A stretch of DNA of 64,000 bases, taken from IMG/VR virus record IMGVR_UViG_3300005607_000414; one strand, given 5' to 3'. Positions 10,385 through 19,751 of the stretch are shown here, piece by piece. Position 1 is the stretch's first letter. Each line of letters opens with the position of its first letter. Source of the stretch: an uncultured virus (IMG/VR IMGVR_UViG_3300005607_000414). Its lineage: Duplodnaviria > Heunggongvirae > Uroviricota > Caudoviricetes. The translations under genes were made by a program, and so were the position numbers. A model generated the notes under the pieces. That model saw only the letters and a program-made list of their open reading frames with translations. It was not told the DNA's origin and did not search any database.

Positions 10385-10546
10385 ATCAGCAAGCCTCCCA
10401 ACCCACTTGGCCAGGCGTGCGAAGAAGCGGCGCCACTCGGCGTCAAGCGGGTCCTTGCGCTCCCAGTGCGCGTACCCCGCAGCCAGATATGCGAGGAGAG
10501 CCTTCTGGTTCTCCTCGCTGTGATCCTCAAATTCGATCATCGCCAT
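9926..10546 (-). CDS. hypothetical protein downstream of integrase, probably truncated (only ~10385-10546 looks genuine)
   Basis: First ~54 codons lie in free space; the remainder runs antisense through the lipoprotein gene. Confidence 0.35.
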   Translation of the reverse strand: MAMIEFEDHSEENQKALLAYLAAGYAHWERKDPLDAEWRRFFARLAKWVGRLADLLKLIVRWLIADRRYQPITIRLLPKRNLHRLVGWSLAENHLRCTRHLHVRLARRPSRSLRIQQQLFTGINDQMAHLEHCPLNRVLRQLVRPTVDEHFLLNVPALGTTRRTKRAVLCTNKWILLPCKVGPDQRIGLAPNKGDVESATARDPPV

Positions 10547-10574
10547 CGTGGTGCGACATTCCCGTATTGCTATC

Positions 10575-11942
10575 CTACGCCACCGCTCCCTTCTGGATCT
10601 CGACCACGTTGGCCTTACGCTCCTTGATCGCGGCGCGGGCGATCCGTGCGCGCTTCCTCTGCGCCGCCAGCAGCGTCGTTACGGGTGGCTTCGTGCTATC
10701 CGTCTCCTCCGCAGCCTTGGCGCGCTTCTCCTGGATCTTGCGCGTCAACTCGTCCTGCCGTTGAATTCCGACGATGGTGTAATCGAGCGTCGTGGACACC
10801 TTCGAGTGGCCCGCGATCTTGCTGGCTTCGATGCTGCTGCCGCCCACGTCCTGCCGCCACGTGATGTTCGCGCGGCGCAGGGAGTGCGGGCCGAAGCCGG
10901 GAAAGTCGAGTCCGGTATCCTCGTCGGGCGCGCCGTCCGCGCGGATCGACCACGCCGCATCCTTCAGTGCCTTGCGGACGCCAGAGTCCCAACGGGGCAG
11001 GCTGAGATCCTCCTCCTGCGGGAAGACCCAATCGTTCGGCCCCTTGCGCTTCAGGCTGGCGATCCACTTCTGGTAGCGCGGGGTCAACGCGCCCAGCGTG
11101 AGGATGCGCTTGCTCTTGGCGGTTTTGGGCACGTCGATGTCGCCACGGCAGTTGCGCTGGTCGATCCGGATGGTTCCGTTCTTCAGATCGACATGCTTGA
11201 TCATCAGCCCCAGCGCTTCGGAAATGCGCGTCCCGGTATCGAGGCAGGTTTCGCAGATCAGCAGGTTCGGCTCTTCCAGTTGCGCGAGCACCTGCGCCGT
11301 CTCCTCCGGAGAGAGGATGCGCTTCTCGTACACCTCCCACTTCTTCGGGAGCTTCACCCACTTCATCGGGTTCGCGTATGAGCGCGGAATGATCTCCCAC
11401 TCCGTGGCCCTCGTGATGATTCCGCTCATCGCGTTCCGGAGGCCGCACATTCCGTGCCAGGAGGTGCTGACCTCCTGGAGCCAGTCCATCACGTCCTTGG
11501 CTTTCAGATCCTTGAGGCGCGCGTCCTTCCACTTCGGCAGGATGTAGCCGAGGGCCCAGGTGTACTTGGTCCTGGTGCCCACCGCGATCAGATGCTTGCC
11601 CGCCGCCACCTTGTCTACGTAATCGCGCTTCCACATCTCCGCGAGCGGGCCAAACTTGAACTCTCCGGGATCGGTCGGCGTGTCCTCCGGGTTCGGCTGC
11701 ATCGCTGCCTGCACCGTCGTCGTCGCCTTATTCAGGTCGGCCAGGAACTTATCGCGCTCCTCGCGCGCCTTTGTGATCGTCCATGCGTCCTTGCCCTTGC
11801 TCGGGCCAAGCGTCTTGAAAGCCCGTGTCGTCCGCACGGTGCCGTCCGGTTGGATCTCATCCTTCCGGTAGCGGAAGAACCAGTAGTATTCGCCTCGATC
11901 CTTCCGCTCATGTACTTCCGGATGCTGTACTCGCGTCTTCAA
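10575..11942 (-). CDS. int: tyrosine recombinase/phage integrase
   Basis: Catalytic set R (TGTRISE), K (VPKT), HxxR (HSLRR), H (AGH), Y (LDYT); likely TTG start at 11942 after GGAGG (ORF track starts 11993). Confidence 0.93.
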   Translation of the reverse strand: MKTRVQHPEVHERKDRGEYYWFFRYRKDEIQPDGTVRTTRAFKTLGPSKGKDAWTITKAREERDKFLADLNKATTTVQAAMQPNPEDTPTDPGEFKFGPLAEMWKRDYVDKVAAGKHLIAVGTRTKYTWALGYILPKWKDARLKDLKAKDVMDWLQEVSTSWHGMCGLRNAMSGIITRATEWEIIPRSYANPMKWVKLPKKWEVYEKRILSPEETAQVLAQLEEPNLLICETCLDTGTRISEALGLMIKHVDLKNGTIRIDQRNCRGDIDVPKTAKSKRILTLGALTPRYQKWIASLKRKGPNDWVFPQEEDLSLPRWDSGVRKALKDAAWSIRADGAPDEDTGLDFPGFGPHSLRRANITWRQDVGGSSIEASKIAGHSKVSTTLDYTIVGIQRQDELTRKIQEKRAKAAEETDSTKPPVTTLLAAQRKRARIARAAIKERKANVVEIQKGAVA

Positions 11943-11970
11943 TTGGCTGCCTCCAGTCAACAGCGCCCGG

Positions 11971-12000
11971 AGGTTACCTTCGGTGGAGTCCATAAAGCAA
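11971..12000 (-). promoter_or_regulatory. putative sigma70 promoter of integrase with TGGACTCCAC motif in the spacer
   Basis: TTGCTT-N18-TAACCT on minus strand. Confidence 0.45.
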
Positions 12001-12037
12001 GTGCCCTAACTTCAACGATTTACGCGCGGCGCGCGCC

Positions 12038-13735
12038 CTACAACGGGATACCCAAAGCCACCCGCTGGCAGATGTGCAACTCCTCGAAGGCGCGCGTTGC
12101 GCCCACATAGAACAGCCGGATCACGGAGTCGCGGTCCTCGCCGCCGCGCCCGTACTGCGCGTCGGCGGCTTGGGAGAGATCCGGAAACAGATAAACCACG
12201 TCGGCCTGGCCTCCCTTCACGGAGTGGATCGTGCCGACGACGACCTTGGGCGTCTCCAGCAAGGCGTGCGGCCCGCGCGTGGCGGCGATGTCGGCGGGAT
12301 ACTTCACGCGCTCTGCGAAGTCCGTCGTCACGCGCGACCGCCACCACGCCAGCAGGTCGCGGTAGTTGCCGCCCCACGCCTCCACCAGCGAGTCGAGCGC
12401 GCCGGTCTCGAAGATTTCGTCCAACCGCTCCATCGTGGCCGGCTGGTCGAGGTCGGCGTTCTTGAGCTTCCCCTTCACGCCGCGCCGGAGGATGCCTTCC
12501 GCGCGCAACGCCTCGACCCACTGCGCGATGTCGCGGTTTGTCCAGCCGCGATGGTCCTCACCGAAATCCGGGTGCGCTACCAGCAGCGACAGGATGCGGC
12601 TGGGCGTCGTCACCCGCTTGCTGGACAGCCGGAGCGGGTTCCACACGCCGTTGCTCTTGCGATACGGGTTGTGGAACGGGATGCCGGCCTTCCGGAGCAC
12701 CTGGATCAGCGGGCGCAGCATGAACGAGCAGGAGGCCAGGAACATCACGGTCTTTCCGGCCGAGAGATGCTTCTCCGCATCGCGGAGAATGGCGCACTCG
12801 ATGTGCTTGTAGGTGTCACGGTCCCGGTAGAGCGCGCCAGCCGCATCGCGCGGCAGATACTCCTTGGCCTGGCGGCGAGTAAGAGGCTTCACCAGACTCT
12901 CCGCGAACGCATGAACGGCGCGCGGCACCCGGAACGACTGTTTGAGGATGATCTTGTGGTCGTCGGGAATGTCGGGATCGAGGAACGCCTCCGGCGTGGC
13001 GCCGGTGAACGAATAGATCGTCTGGTCGTCGTCGCCAGCCACGATGAAGTACTCTGCGTGCCGCCCCCACTTGCGGATCAACTGGAGTTGCATCGCGTTC
13101 AAGTCCTGCGCCTCGTCCGCGAAGATGACGGACGGGTTCTTGGGCGCGAACGCCACGTCGCGCAGGCAGTTCTCGATCAGGTCGGTGAAGTCGAGCAGCC
13201 CGTTGTCCTGCTTGTACTGGGCCCACAGGCTGTCGAACTCGATCAGGGTCGCGGGCCAGAGGCTCTTGGGGATCATGCGTCCGCGAAACCGGCCCAGCCG
13301 CGCGAGCAGTTCGTCGCCGCCCTTCTTCTGGTCGTCGTCCTCCTCCTCCGACTCCTCGCCTTCGAGCTTCCCCTGCTGCCTCTGCTGGGTGATCGCAAGG
13401 TTCGGGTGGTCCTTGTTCCACTCGCCCACGTGCGACTCCGCGATCTCCGGGCCGCTGAGCGCGTGCCAGCAATGGGAATGGAGGGTGCCCACCCGGTCGT
13501 TCGAGATGGGCAGATCGCGGCCAGTCAACTCCGCGGCAGCACCGCGCGAGAAGGACGTTACCAGGATCGACTCCGCGCCATACCGATCTGCTGCGCGCCG
13601 GATCTGGCGGGTGAGGTTCGTCGTCTTCCCGGTGCCCGGAGGCCCGAAGATCCGGTACTCCGAAGTGACCTCGTTGTCCCGCCGGCCGATATCGTCCAAC
13701 GTGCCGGTCGCCCGCTGCTCAGTTGACGGCGGCAT
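12038..13735 (-). CDS. UvrD/Rep-like SF1 DNA helicase
   Basis: GPPGTGKT, DEAQD, GDDDQTIY, QSFR, TIHSVKGGQAD, FYVGATRA motifs. Confidence 0.92.
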   Translation of the reverse strand: MPPSTEQRATGTLDDIGRRDNEVTSEYRIFGPPGTGKTTNLTRQIRRAADRYGAESILVTSFSRGAAAELTGRDLPISNDRVGTLHSHCWHALSGPEIAESHVGEWNKDHPNLAITQQRQQGKLEGEESEEEDDDQKKGGDELLARLGRFRGRMIPKSLWPATLIEFDSLWAQYKQDNGLLDFTDLIENCLRDVAFAPKNPSVIFADEAQDLNAMQLQLIRKWGRHAEYFIVAGDDDQTIYSFTGATPEAFLDPDIPDDHKIILKQSFRVPRAVHAFAESLVKPLTRRQAKEYLPRDAAGALYRDRDTYKHIECAILRDAEKHLSAGKTVMFLASCSFMLRPLIQVLRKAGIPFHNPYRKSNGVWNPLRLSSKRVTTPSRILSLLVAHPDFGEDHRGWTNRDIAQWVEALRAEGILRRGVKGKLKNADLDQPATMERLDEIFETGALDSLVEAWGGNYRDLLAWWRSRVTTDFAERVKYPADIAATRGPHALLETPKVVVGTIHSVKGGQADVVYLFPDLSQAADAQYGRGGEDRDSVIRLFYVGATRAFEELHICQRVALGIPL

Positions 13736-15530
13736 CGGCTTCTCCTCCCTTCGTCTGCGGGTACTCCTGCGGATCGAACTCGGCGATCGGCAACACCCAC
13801 CGGGACTGGTCCTTGAACTTGGGACCGCGCACCCGGATGCTCACCGCTCCGATGGCCGACAGCATTCCGGCCACGGCTTTGACGGAGAGGTTCTGAAAGG
13901 TGGTCTTGTTCACGTACGTCTGGAGATCCGAAGCGCAGACGGTGACCTCGCCGTCGATGACCATCGGCTTCCTCTGATCCTGGAGGCGCACGTCCTCGAT
14001 AGACGGGATGAAGTTCGTCTCCGCGAGATAGCTGTGGAGGTACATGCGCGCCGCGCCCTCCCACTCCGTCTCCTCCGTGCCGTTGGCGATGATGCAGGCG
14101 TCGAGCATAACCTGCGAGAGAGCCTCCCACTCCTTGGCTTTGATCTTCGGGATGATCCTGCCAAGCGTGGCGGCGATGGCCGACCGCACCGACTCGTACG
14201 CAATCAGTTTGTTTACGTTCGGGAACTCGATCTTCTGCTCGTCGGCCAACTCCATCCGGTACTGCGGTTCCTTGCCGGTGATCTTCACCAGCCGGAGGAC
14301 CGGGATGCCCAGCGTCTCCGAAATCCGCTTACAGAGCATGGCCTTCTGGAGTTCCGGATCGGACGGCGCAGGGGGCGCGGCTGGCGCGTCCGCAGGCTGG
14401 GTGGTATTGGCGGTCGCCTCCCGGCCTTCCGGCGCAACGGGCGCAGCCTGTGGCGCAGCCAGGCCGGTCGTGGTGGCCGGAGTGCTGGCGGGGACCGCCG
14501 CCGCCGCGCCGCCCGTCCTCTTTTCGGCCTTCGAGATGGTCCTCTGGAAATAGTCGAGCCGCGTGCGCGCCCGGAGTTTGTGGAGCCTCCGGTGGTGGAT
14601 GATCAGGTCCACGATCTGCTGCTCCGACAGACCCGCGTCGATACCGAAGCACGCGAGAGCCAGATCGTACCCGGAACCGCTCTGGTCCTTGAGGTCGTGA
14701 CGCTGGCGGTTCCAGGTGTTCCGGAACTTCATCGCGGTCTGCGGATCGACCTTCTTCGGGTCCATCCACGTGTCAAGCATCTCCTGCGGGATGCTGGCGG
14801 CGAGATCGATCTTGATGGGCTTGTCCGCGAACCGCTCCTTCCACTCGCGCGCCGCCCGCTCCTCTTCCTCCGGGTCGGGCACCTGCGCGTCGTCCAAGTA
14901 CTCCTCGAAATCGGACAGGTTGTAGAACCGCTCCGTCTTGCTGTGCACGATGACGTTCTTCGGATTGGCCGGGTCCTTGTGGTTTAGGGTGCCGGGAATG
15001 CGGAGAATGCGCGCCAGATCGGAAAGCCGGTCGTACACCCAGCCGCGCGCCGCCGACTTCAGCCGGAGCATGGTGTGCCAGCGAGTAAGGACGCACGCAA
15101 CGTCGGCCCGCTCCTGCTCCGTCTCGAAGGTGTGAGGCTCCTTGAGCAACCACCAGGCGTGCGCGCCATTGCCGGTGGCGATGATGATGGTCGGCGGCAG
15201 GTCCTTGGGCAGGATCGAGAGCGCCTCCACGAGCGTGGTCGGAAGCGGCTTGTTGCCGTGCGCTTCCGACTTCAGGTCGAGATCGGTCCCGATGCCGCAG
15301 ATGCCCGACACCTGCTCCGACCTGCACCGCAACGTGGGGCCGTGGTCCTCCTTCGAAAGCCCGACGCCGACGTACACGTCCATGCTGGCGGTCGTGGCCG
15401 CGACGAACTCCGCAGCCTTGCCGAGATCCTGGAACCAGTGAGAACGCTTGTCCTGCAAGGTCCAGATCAGGATGTACTGCTCCTCCGGCTTGTACTGCCA
15501 AAGGAGGTCGAGGAAGGCGCGGGGCGTCAT
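13719..15530 (-). CDS. RepB-like (AEP-type) DNA primase
   Basis: DLD, TGNGAHAWWLL, DLARILRIPGTLNHK, DQSGSGYDLALA; ATG 15530 coupled to upstream stop. Confidence 0.8.
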   Translation of the reverse strand: MTPRAFLDLLWQYKPEEQYILIWTLQDKRSHWFQDLGKAAEFVAATTASMDVYVGVGLSKEDHGPTLRCRSEQVSGICGIGTDLDLKSEAHGNKPLPTTLVEALSILPKDLPPTIIIATGNGAHAWWLLKEPHTFETEQERADVACVLTRWHTMLRLKSAARGWVYDRLSDLARILRIPGTLNHKDPANPKNVIVHSKTERFYNLSDFEEYLDDAQVPDPEEEERAAREWKERFADKPIKIDLAASIPQEMLDTWMDPKKVDPQTAMKFRNTWNRQRHDLKDQSGSGYDLALACFGIDAGLSEQQIVDLIIHHRRLHKLRARTRLDYFQRTISKAEKRTGGAAAAVPASTPATTTGLAAPQAAPVAPEGREATANTTQPADAPAAPPAPSDPELQKAMLCKRISETLGIPVLRLVKITGKEPQYRMELADEQKIEFPNVNKLIAYESVRSAIAATLGRIIPKIKAKEWEALSQVMLDACIIANGTEETEWEGAARMYLHSYLAETNFIPSIEDVRLQDQRKPMVIDGEVTVCASDLQTYVNKTTFQNLSVKAVAGMLSAIGAVSIRVRGPKFKDQSRWVLPIAEFDPQEYPQTKGGEADAAVN

Positions 15531-16063
15531 GCGGTCAACTCCTGAAAGCGCTCCATAAACCGGCACTCCGCGACGACGGGAGGCCACGGCACCACGTGGT
15601 AATCCCACAACGGCTTCTGGCCACACTCGGTGATGATCCAGTCCGGATCGTCCATGGTGGTCACGTCGCGGAACTCCGTGGCCAGCAGCACCTTGTCCGC
15701 GACCGCAACGGAGTGCGGCATCTTCGGCGGCAGGCCGAACTTCTTACAGACCGCCAGCATGAGGCGGTCCTCCGCGATCCGATAGATGTTCATATTCGGA
15801 TCGCGTTTGATGGGCGCGGGCAGGTCGCAGAGATACGCTTCACTGGCGTCGTGCAGAAGGCCCCACAAGGCGTCCTCGCGCGGCACCTGTTCGCTTACGT
15901 GGACGGAGTGCTGCGCGACCGAATAGAAGCCTTCCGTGTGCCCAAGGAACCGGCACATCTGCGAGAGCGAGTGCGCCACGTCCTCGATATCGATCTCCTC
16001 CGGACGGGGAGAGAGCGGGTGGACGTGCTTCCCGCTGTACGTGCGGAAATAGCGCGTGCCCAT
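15527..16063 (-). CDS. HD-domain phosphohydrolase (YfdR/5'-deoxynucleotidase-like)
   Basis: DVAHSLSQMCRFLGH..YSVAQHSV..LLHDASEAYLCD. Confidence 0.88.
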   Translation of the reverse strand: MGTRYFRTYSGKHVHPLSPRPEEIDIEDVAHSLSQMCRFLGHTEGFYSVAQHSVHVSEQVPREDALWGLLHDASEAYLCDLPAPIKRDPNMNIYRIAEDRLMLAVCKKFGLPPKMPHSVAVADKVLLATEFRDVTTMDDPDWIITECGQKPLWDYHVVPWPPVVAECRFMERFQELTA

Positions 16064-16308
16064 TACCCGCGCCTCCCGGTCAACCAGCCGCGCAGCGGTG
16101 CCCCGTGGTTGGCGGCGGCGCAAACCCTCCTCGTGTACGCTTTGATCGCGCGGTGCAGCGGGGTCAACGCCACGCTGCCGAGGTTCCAGTCCTTACCGAC
16201 TGGGTTCGTGCCCATCCAGATCCAGATCATCGTGTCCTCGCTTGCCAGCCCGTCCTTCAACGGTTGAATTCTCCGGAGGTAAATCCGCGGCTTGCCTTGC
16301 AGTCCCAT
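16063..16308 (-). CDS. hypothetical protein
   Basis: Fills gap; TAATG coupling to HD gene; overlaps tail of upstream ORF. Confidence 0.4.
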   Translation of the reverse strand: MGLQGKPRIYLRRIQPLKDGLASEDTMIWIWMGTNPVGKDWNLGSVALTPLHRAIKAYTRRVCAAANHGAPLRGWLTGRRG

Positions 16309-16744
16309 CGCTTCCCTTCTCCGCGCGCCAGCCGCCGCCGGCCGCGCCGTACCAGTGCTCTGCCGTGCGGATCGCGTGCTCGACGTACGGCGTGGCGAAG
16401 TCCCTGCGCCGCCCACCAGCCCGCCGCGATCCGGCGTACATCAACCAGCGCTCGCCTTCTTTCACGAGCCAGACCTTCGTCCCACTGCACTCGCCGGCCA
16501 CGCAGGTCGCGTCTCTCGGGACCGCCAGGCCTGCATCCTGCGGCGGCGTCTCGTCCCGCTCGATGGGCGTGGTCGCCAGCCACTTGTCCCACGCGACGAA
16601 CCGCTCGCCGTTCCAAACGGTGATCGTGGCCTCGTCCATCGGCGCGTCGGCCGGAATCGAATCCAGGAGGGACGGCTGGCGTGCTGGCTCCTGCGGCGCA
16701 GCCTGCTTCTCGCGCAGGCGGCGCCATTCATCGCGCAGGTTCAT
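16193..16744 (-). CDS. hypothetical protein
   Basis: MNLRDEWRRL..., ATGA coupling and GGAGG RBS. Confidence 0.6.
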   Translation of the reverse strand: MNLRDEWRRLREKQAAPQEPARQPSLLDSIPADAPMDEATITVWNGERFVAWDKWLATTPIERDETPPQDAGLAVPRDATCVAGECSGTKVWLVKEGERWLMYAGSRRAGGRRRDFATPYVEHAIRTAEHWYGAAGGGWRAEKGSDGTARQAADLPPENSTVEGRAGKRGHDDLDLDGHEPSR

Positions 16745-16905
16745 GCCGCCTCCAGTTCGCGGTCGGTGAACCGCGCGCCGCACTCCGGGCACTCCCACCA
16801 CTCGTCGTGGAAGTGCTCGTACGGCCCGCACTCCAGCCCGTGCATCTCGATGCTGTCGTGCTCCTTGAACAGCAACTCAGGCTTGCCGCAACCGGGGCAG
16901 ATCAT
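16741..16905 (-). CDS. small zinc-ribbon protein
   Basis: MICPGC...WECPECG; ATGA coupling. Confidence 0.65.
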   Translation of the reverse strand: MICPGCGKPELLFKEHDSIEMHGLECGPYEHFHDEWWECPECGARFTDRELEAA

Positions 16906-17393
16906 GCCGCCACCTTGAATTCCGTAATGCACCGCGCGAGGGTCACGCCAACGACATCAGGGGGCGCAAATGCCGCCGCGCCCAATTCCATCCTCAACGT
17001 CGCAATCGGGACCTCCGGCGTCGGAAAAAACGCGATCTTGCGAATATCGAGAGCGACAAATGCGAACACGTCCACTTCGCTCGCGTCGTACATCCTGCGC
17101 TGGCGAGATCCGTCGCTTTTCCACCGGTTGGCGCCGCCCAGATACCACTGGTACTTTCCCGGCGACCGCTCCCTGCGTGTGGTTTTCACCTGCACACGCA
17201 CGGGCTTGTGCGGGAGTTGGATCTCCACATCAAACGGCAGGCCCTCCGGCATCGGCGCCGCACAGAAAAAGCGGGCTTCCAATTCACAGCAGACGAGGTG
17301 CTGACCCGCACGCGACACATGCATGTGCTCCTGGTCGCGCGGCACCCAAATCTGCCCTCGGTGCTCGAACAGATCCATCTGTTCGTAGTTCAC
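16902..17393 (-). CDS. PD-(D/E)XK endonuclease (homing-endonuclease-like)
   Basis: PFDVEI...VRVQVKTT...YDASEVDVFAFV. Confidence 0.75.
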   Translation of the reverse strand: MNYEQMDLFEHRGQIWVPRDQEHMHVSRAGQHLVCCELEARFFCAAPMPEGLPFDVEIQLPHKPVRVQVKTTRRERSPGKYQWYLGGANRWKSDGSRQRRMYDASEVDVFAFVALDIRKIAFFPTPEVPIATLRMELGAAAFAPPDVVGVTLARCITEFKVAA

Positions 17394-18811
17394 GCCGCCT
17401 CCCGGAGGATGCGATCCACGTGGTCGATCCGCGCGCCGATCCAGTGCATGACCGGGACCGCCATCGAGTTCCCGATGGCCTTGTAGCGCGGGCCGTCCGG
17501 AGTCGCGCCCAGCCGCCGCGCTTCATCGAGGGAGATGCGGAGGTACCCCGCGACCTCCAGGATCTCGTCGGGCCGGAGCTTCTGGCGGTAGTTCGGCACC
17601 AGCGTCCAATCGTCGGGGAAGCCCTGCAACCGTTCGCACTCGCGCGGAGTCAGCCGCCGCACCGCGACCCACGACGCCACAAGCGGTGCGCCGTCGCCCT
17701 TGCCGGTCGATCCGGACTGCGCCTTCAGCGGTGGCGCGATCACATCCGGTGCACCGCGCCCGTTGCGCGCGAAGCGGGCCTCGAACACCATCGGCGTCGT
17801 GTTGCCGCCGTCCGTGGCCACGATGGGCGGCGCGACCTCGCGCGGCACGAAGCCGTCCTGCCCGCAGCCGCGGAAGGCGACCGCCAGTTGGCCTCCGGCG
17901 TTCGGGTGCGATTCGTCGTGGCCCATCGCCCGGAGCGTGGGCGCCACGTCCTCCGATGCGTCCGCGCCGTAATCCTTGCACGAGAATGCGACGGCCAGTG
18001 GGATGCCCTTGCCGGAGCCATCCTCGGTCGCGTCGAAGCCCTCGCCACGGAGAGTGTGCGCGACGAGGTTGTGGTACTCGCTACCGGACGGCCCACTGCC
18101 GCGCTTCGCCCACTTCGCGCTTACGGAGTGGCCGACGACGGCGGCGGGGAGGATGTGCCCCGCCTGTGCCTGTTTGGGATCGCCGCCACACGTTCCAAGG
18201 CTGTTCGCAGTAATGGCGGTAACGATCTCTTCCTTTTTTCGGCGCGGCGCAAGATCCCGGCGCAGGCTGTCGCACTCAAAAAGTACCGCAGCGGAAGCCT
18301 GCCAGCCTCCAGTACATCCAACAACGAAGACCCGACGACGACGCTGGGGCACTCCGAAGAACTGAGCGTCGAGAATGCGGTACGCCAGCCCATACCCGAA
18401 CTGAGCCAGCGTCCCGAGGACGGTTCCAAACGTCCGTCCTCCGTCAATCGACAGGACACCGGGGACGTTTTCCCACACGAACCAGCGGGGGCGAAGGCGC
18501 TTAACAGCGTGGAGATACTCCAGCGTGAGATTGCCACGCGCGTCATCCAATCCAAGCCGGTGACCGGCGAGGGAGAAGGACTGGCAGGGGGTTCCTCCCA
18601 CGAGAAGGTCAACTGGAGTTGTTCCGATGCGCCGGAGCCAGTGCGTCCGGATCGCCGTGAAGTCGCCAAGGTTACGAACCTCCGGAAAACGGTGCGCGAG
18701 GACCGCCCGCGCGAACGGGTCGATCTCCGCGAACCACGCCGGAGTCCAGCCCAAGGGATGCCACGCGACGGTGGCCGCTTCGATGCCGGAGCAGACGGAC
18801 CCGTAGATCAT
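17390..18811 (-). CDS. DNA (cytosine-5)-methyltransferase
   Basis: SVCSGIEA (I), GGTPCQSFS (IV), WENVPG (VI), PQRRRRVF (VIII), RRLTPRECERLQGFP (IX), YKAIGNS (X). Confidence 0.95.
   Translation of the reverse strand: MIYGSVCSGIEAATVAWHPLGWTPAWFAEIDPFARAVLAHRFPEVRNLGDFTAIRTHWLRRIGTTPVDLLVGGTPCQSFSLAGHRLGLDDARGNLTLEYLHAVKRLRPRWFVWENVPGVLSIDGGRTFGTVLGTLAQFGYGLAYRILDAQFFGVPQRRRRVFVVGCTGGWQASAAVLFECDSLRRDLAPRRKKEEIVTAITANSLGTCGGDPKQAQAGHILPAAVVGHSVSAKWAKRGSGPSGSEYHNLVAHTLRGEGFDATEDGSGKGIPLAVAFSCKDYGADASEDVAPTLRAMGHDESHPNAGGQLAVAFRGCGQDGFVPREVAPPIVATDGGNTTPMVFEARFARNGRGAPDVIAPPLKAQSGSTGKGDGAPLVASWVAVRRLTPRECERLQGFPDDWTLVPNYRQKLRPDEILEVAGYLRISLDEARRLGATPDGPRYKAIGNSMAVPVMHWIGARIDHVDRILREAA
18121..18669 (-). 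CDS. nested out-of-frame ORF in C5 MTase (M.EcoHK31I beta-polypeptide-like)
   Basis: SSLLDVLE...RYFLSATACAGILRRAEKRKRSLPPLLRTAL motif in alternative frame; start uncertain. Confidence 0.5.
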   Translation of the reverse strand: MATSRRSGRTGSGASEQLQLTFSWEEPPASPSPSPVTGLDWMTRVAISRWSISTLLSAFAPAGSCGKTSPVSCRLTEDGRLEPSSGRWLSSGMGWRTAFSTLSSSECPSVVVGSSLLDVLEAGRLPLRYFLSATACAGILRRAEKRKRSLPPLLRTALERVAAIPNRHRRGTSSPPPSSATP

Positions 18812-19089
18812 TTGAGCGGTGGCCTCTCGCTCTCCGGGACCAGCCACACGCCGTCCTTCATCAGCACACGGCACGCGCCGGTATTGGCCTCGATCTCTGC
18901 CGCTCTGCGCTTGTGGTTTTCGATGATGGTCTTGATCGTCACGGCCATCGGGCGCAGGTGCCCGCCCAGGTGCTTGCGCGCACGGCTGGCGCGGCGGCGT
19001 TCCACCGTGTCCACCTCGACGGCGAAGCCGTCCGCGCGGTCGTCCTTCCCGAAGAGGAGGTGCGGAGAGTGCCTGCTATCAATCGACAC
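18808..19089 (-). CDS. hypothetical protein
   Basis: GTG start after GAGGAG; coupled to MTase ATG. Confidence 0.55.
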   Translation of the reverse strand: MSIDSRHSPHLLFGKDDRADGFAVEVDTVERRRASRARKHLGGHLRPMAVTIKTIIENHKRRAAEIEANTGACRVLMKDGVWLVPESERPPLK

Positions 19090-19516
19090 GCTGCTTCTCC
19101 TCCTCGAACCGGGTGTGGCCGCATGCGGGGCACCGTGCGGGCGCGTCCACTCCGTGATAGCGACACGTGCGGCAGCCGGAGCAGAGCCACACCGTGAGTT
19201 CCTCCGGGCGCGCGTGCTGCTTGCCCAGGAGGGCGAGTGCGTCGTCAACTGACCGCGCAACTCCGGTGATCGCGCCCGCGAGATTCCACTCCAGCAGCCG
19301 CTTGGTCTGCAACTCCGTCAACTGCGAGGACGGGTCATCCGGCCGCTTAACCTCGATCTCGAAGTGGCGACCGTTGATGGTGCCGTAGAGATCCGGGTCG
19401 CCAGCCATCCCCATTGCCGTACCGTGGCGCTTCCGGACGACGATGTGCGGGTACTTCTTGAGCGCGGCCATGATCCGCGCGACCACGCTCTTTTCGAGGA
19501 CCGGCTGCCGCCTCAC
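19079..19516 (-). CDS. VRR-NUC domain nuclease with C-terminal zinc ribbon
   Basis: GDPDL...FEIEVKRP...LTELQ; CSGC...CPAC. Confidence 0.85.
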   Translation of the reverse strand: MRRQPVLEKSVVARIMAALKKYPHIVVRKRHGTAMGMAGDPDLYGTINGRHFEIEVKRPDDPSSQLTELQTKRLLEWNLAGAITGVARSVDDALALLGKQHARPEELTVWLCSGCRTCRYHGVDAPARCPACGHTRFEEEKQRVD

Positions 19517-19749
19517 GGCAGCACCTCCGGCTTGGCGGGCAACCACGTGGCGGTGATCCGGACGGCCTGCGCGTCCCCGTCGCACACCAGATCGATCTCG
19601 TCGTCGGGGAAGTCATAGTCGATCTCGTCGTACCGGACCACCAGTCCGGTCTTGCCGGTGCGCCGTGCGAGCGCAGCCAGACACGCGCGGGCGAGCTTGT
19701 CCTTCATGCACTCCTGGCACGTGCAGGGAGTCTTCGCGGTCTCGGGCAT
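19513..19749 (-). CDS. hypothetical protein
   Basis: MPETAKTPCTCQEC; GGAGG RBS. Confidence 0.6.
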   Translation of the reverse strand: MPETAKTPCTCQECMKDKLARACLAALARRTGKTGLVVRYDEIDYDFPDDEIDLVCDGDAQAVRITATWLPAKPEVLP

Positions 19750-19751
19750 GG

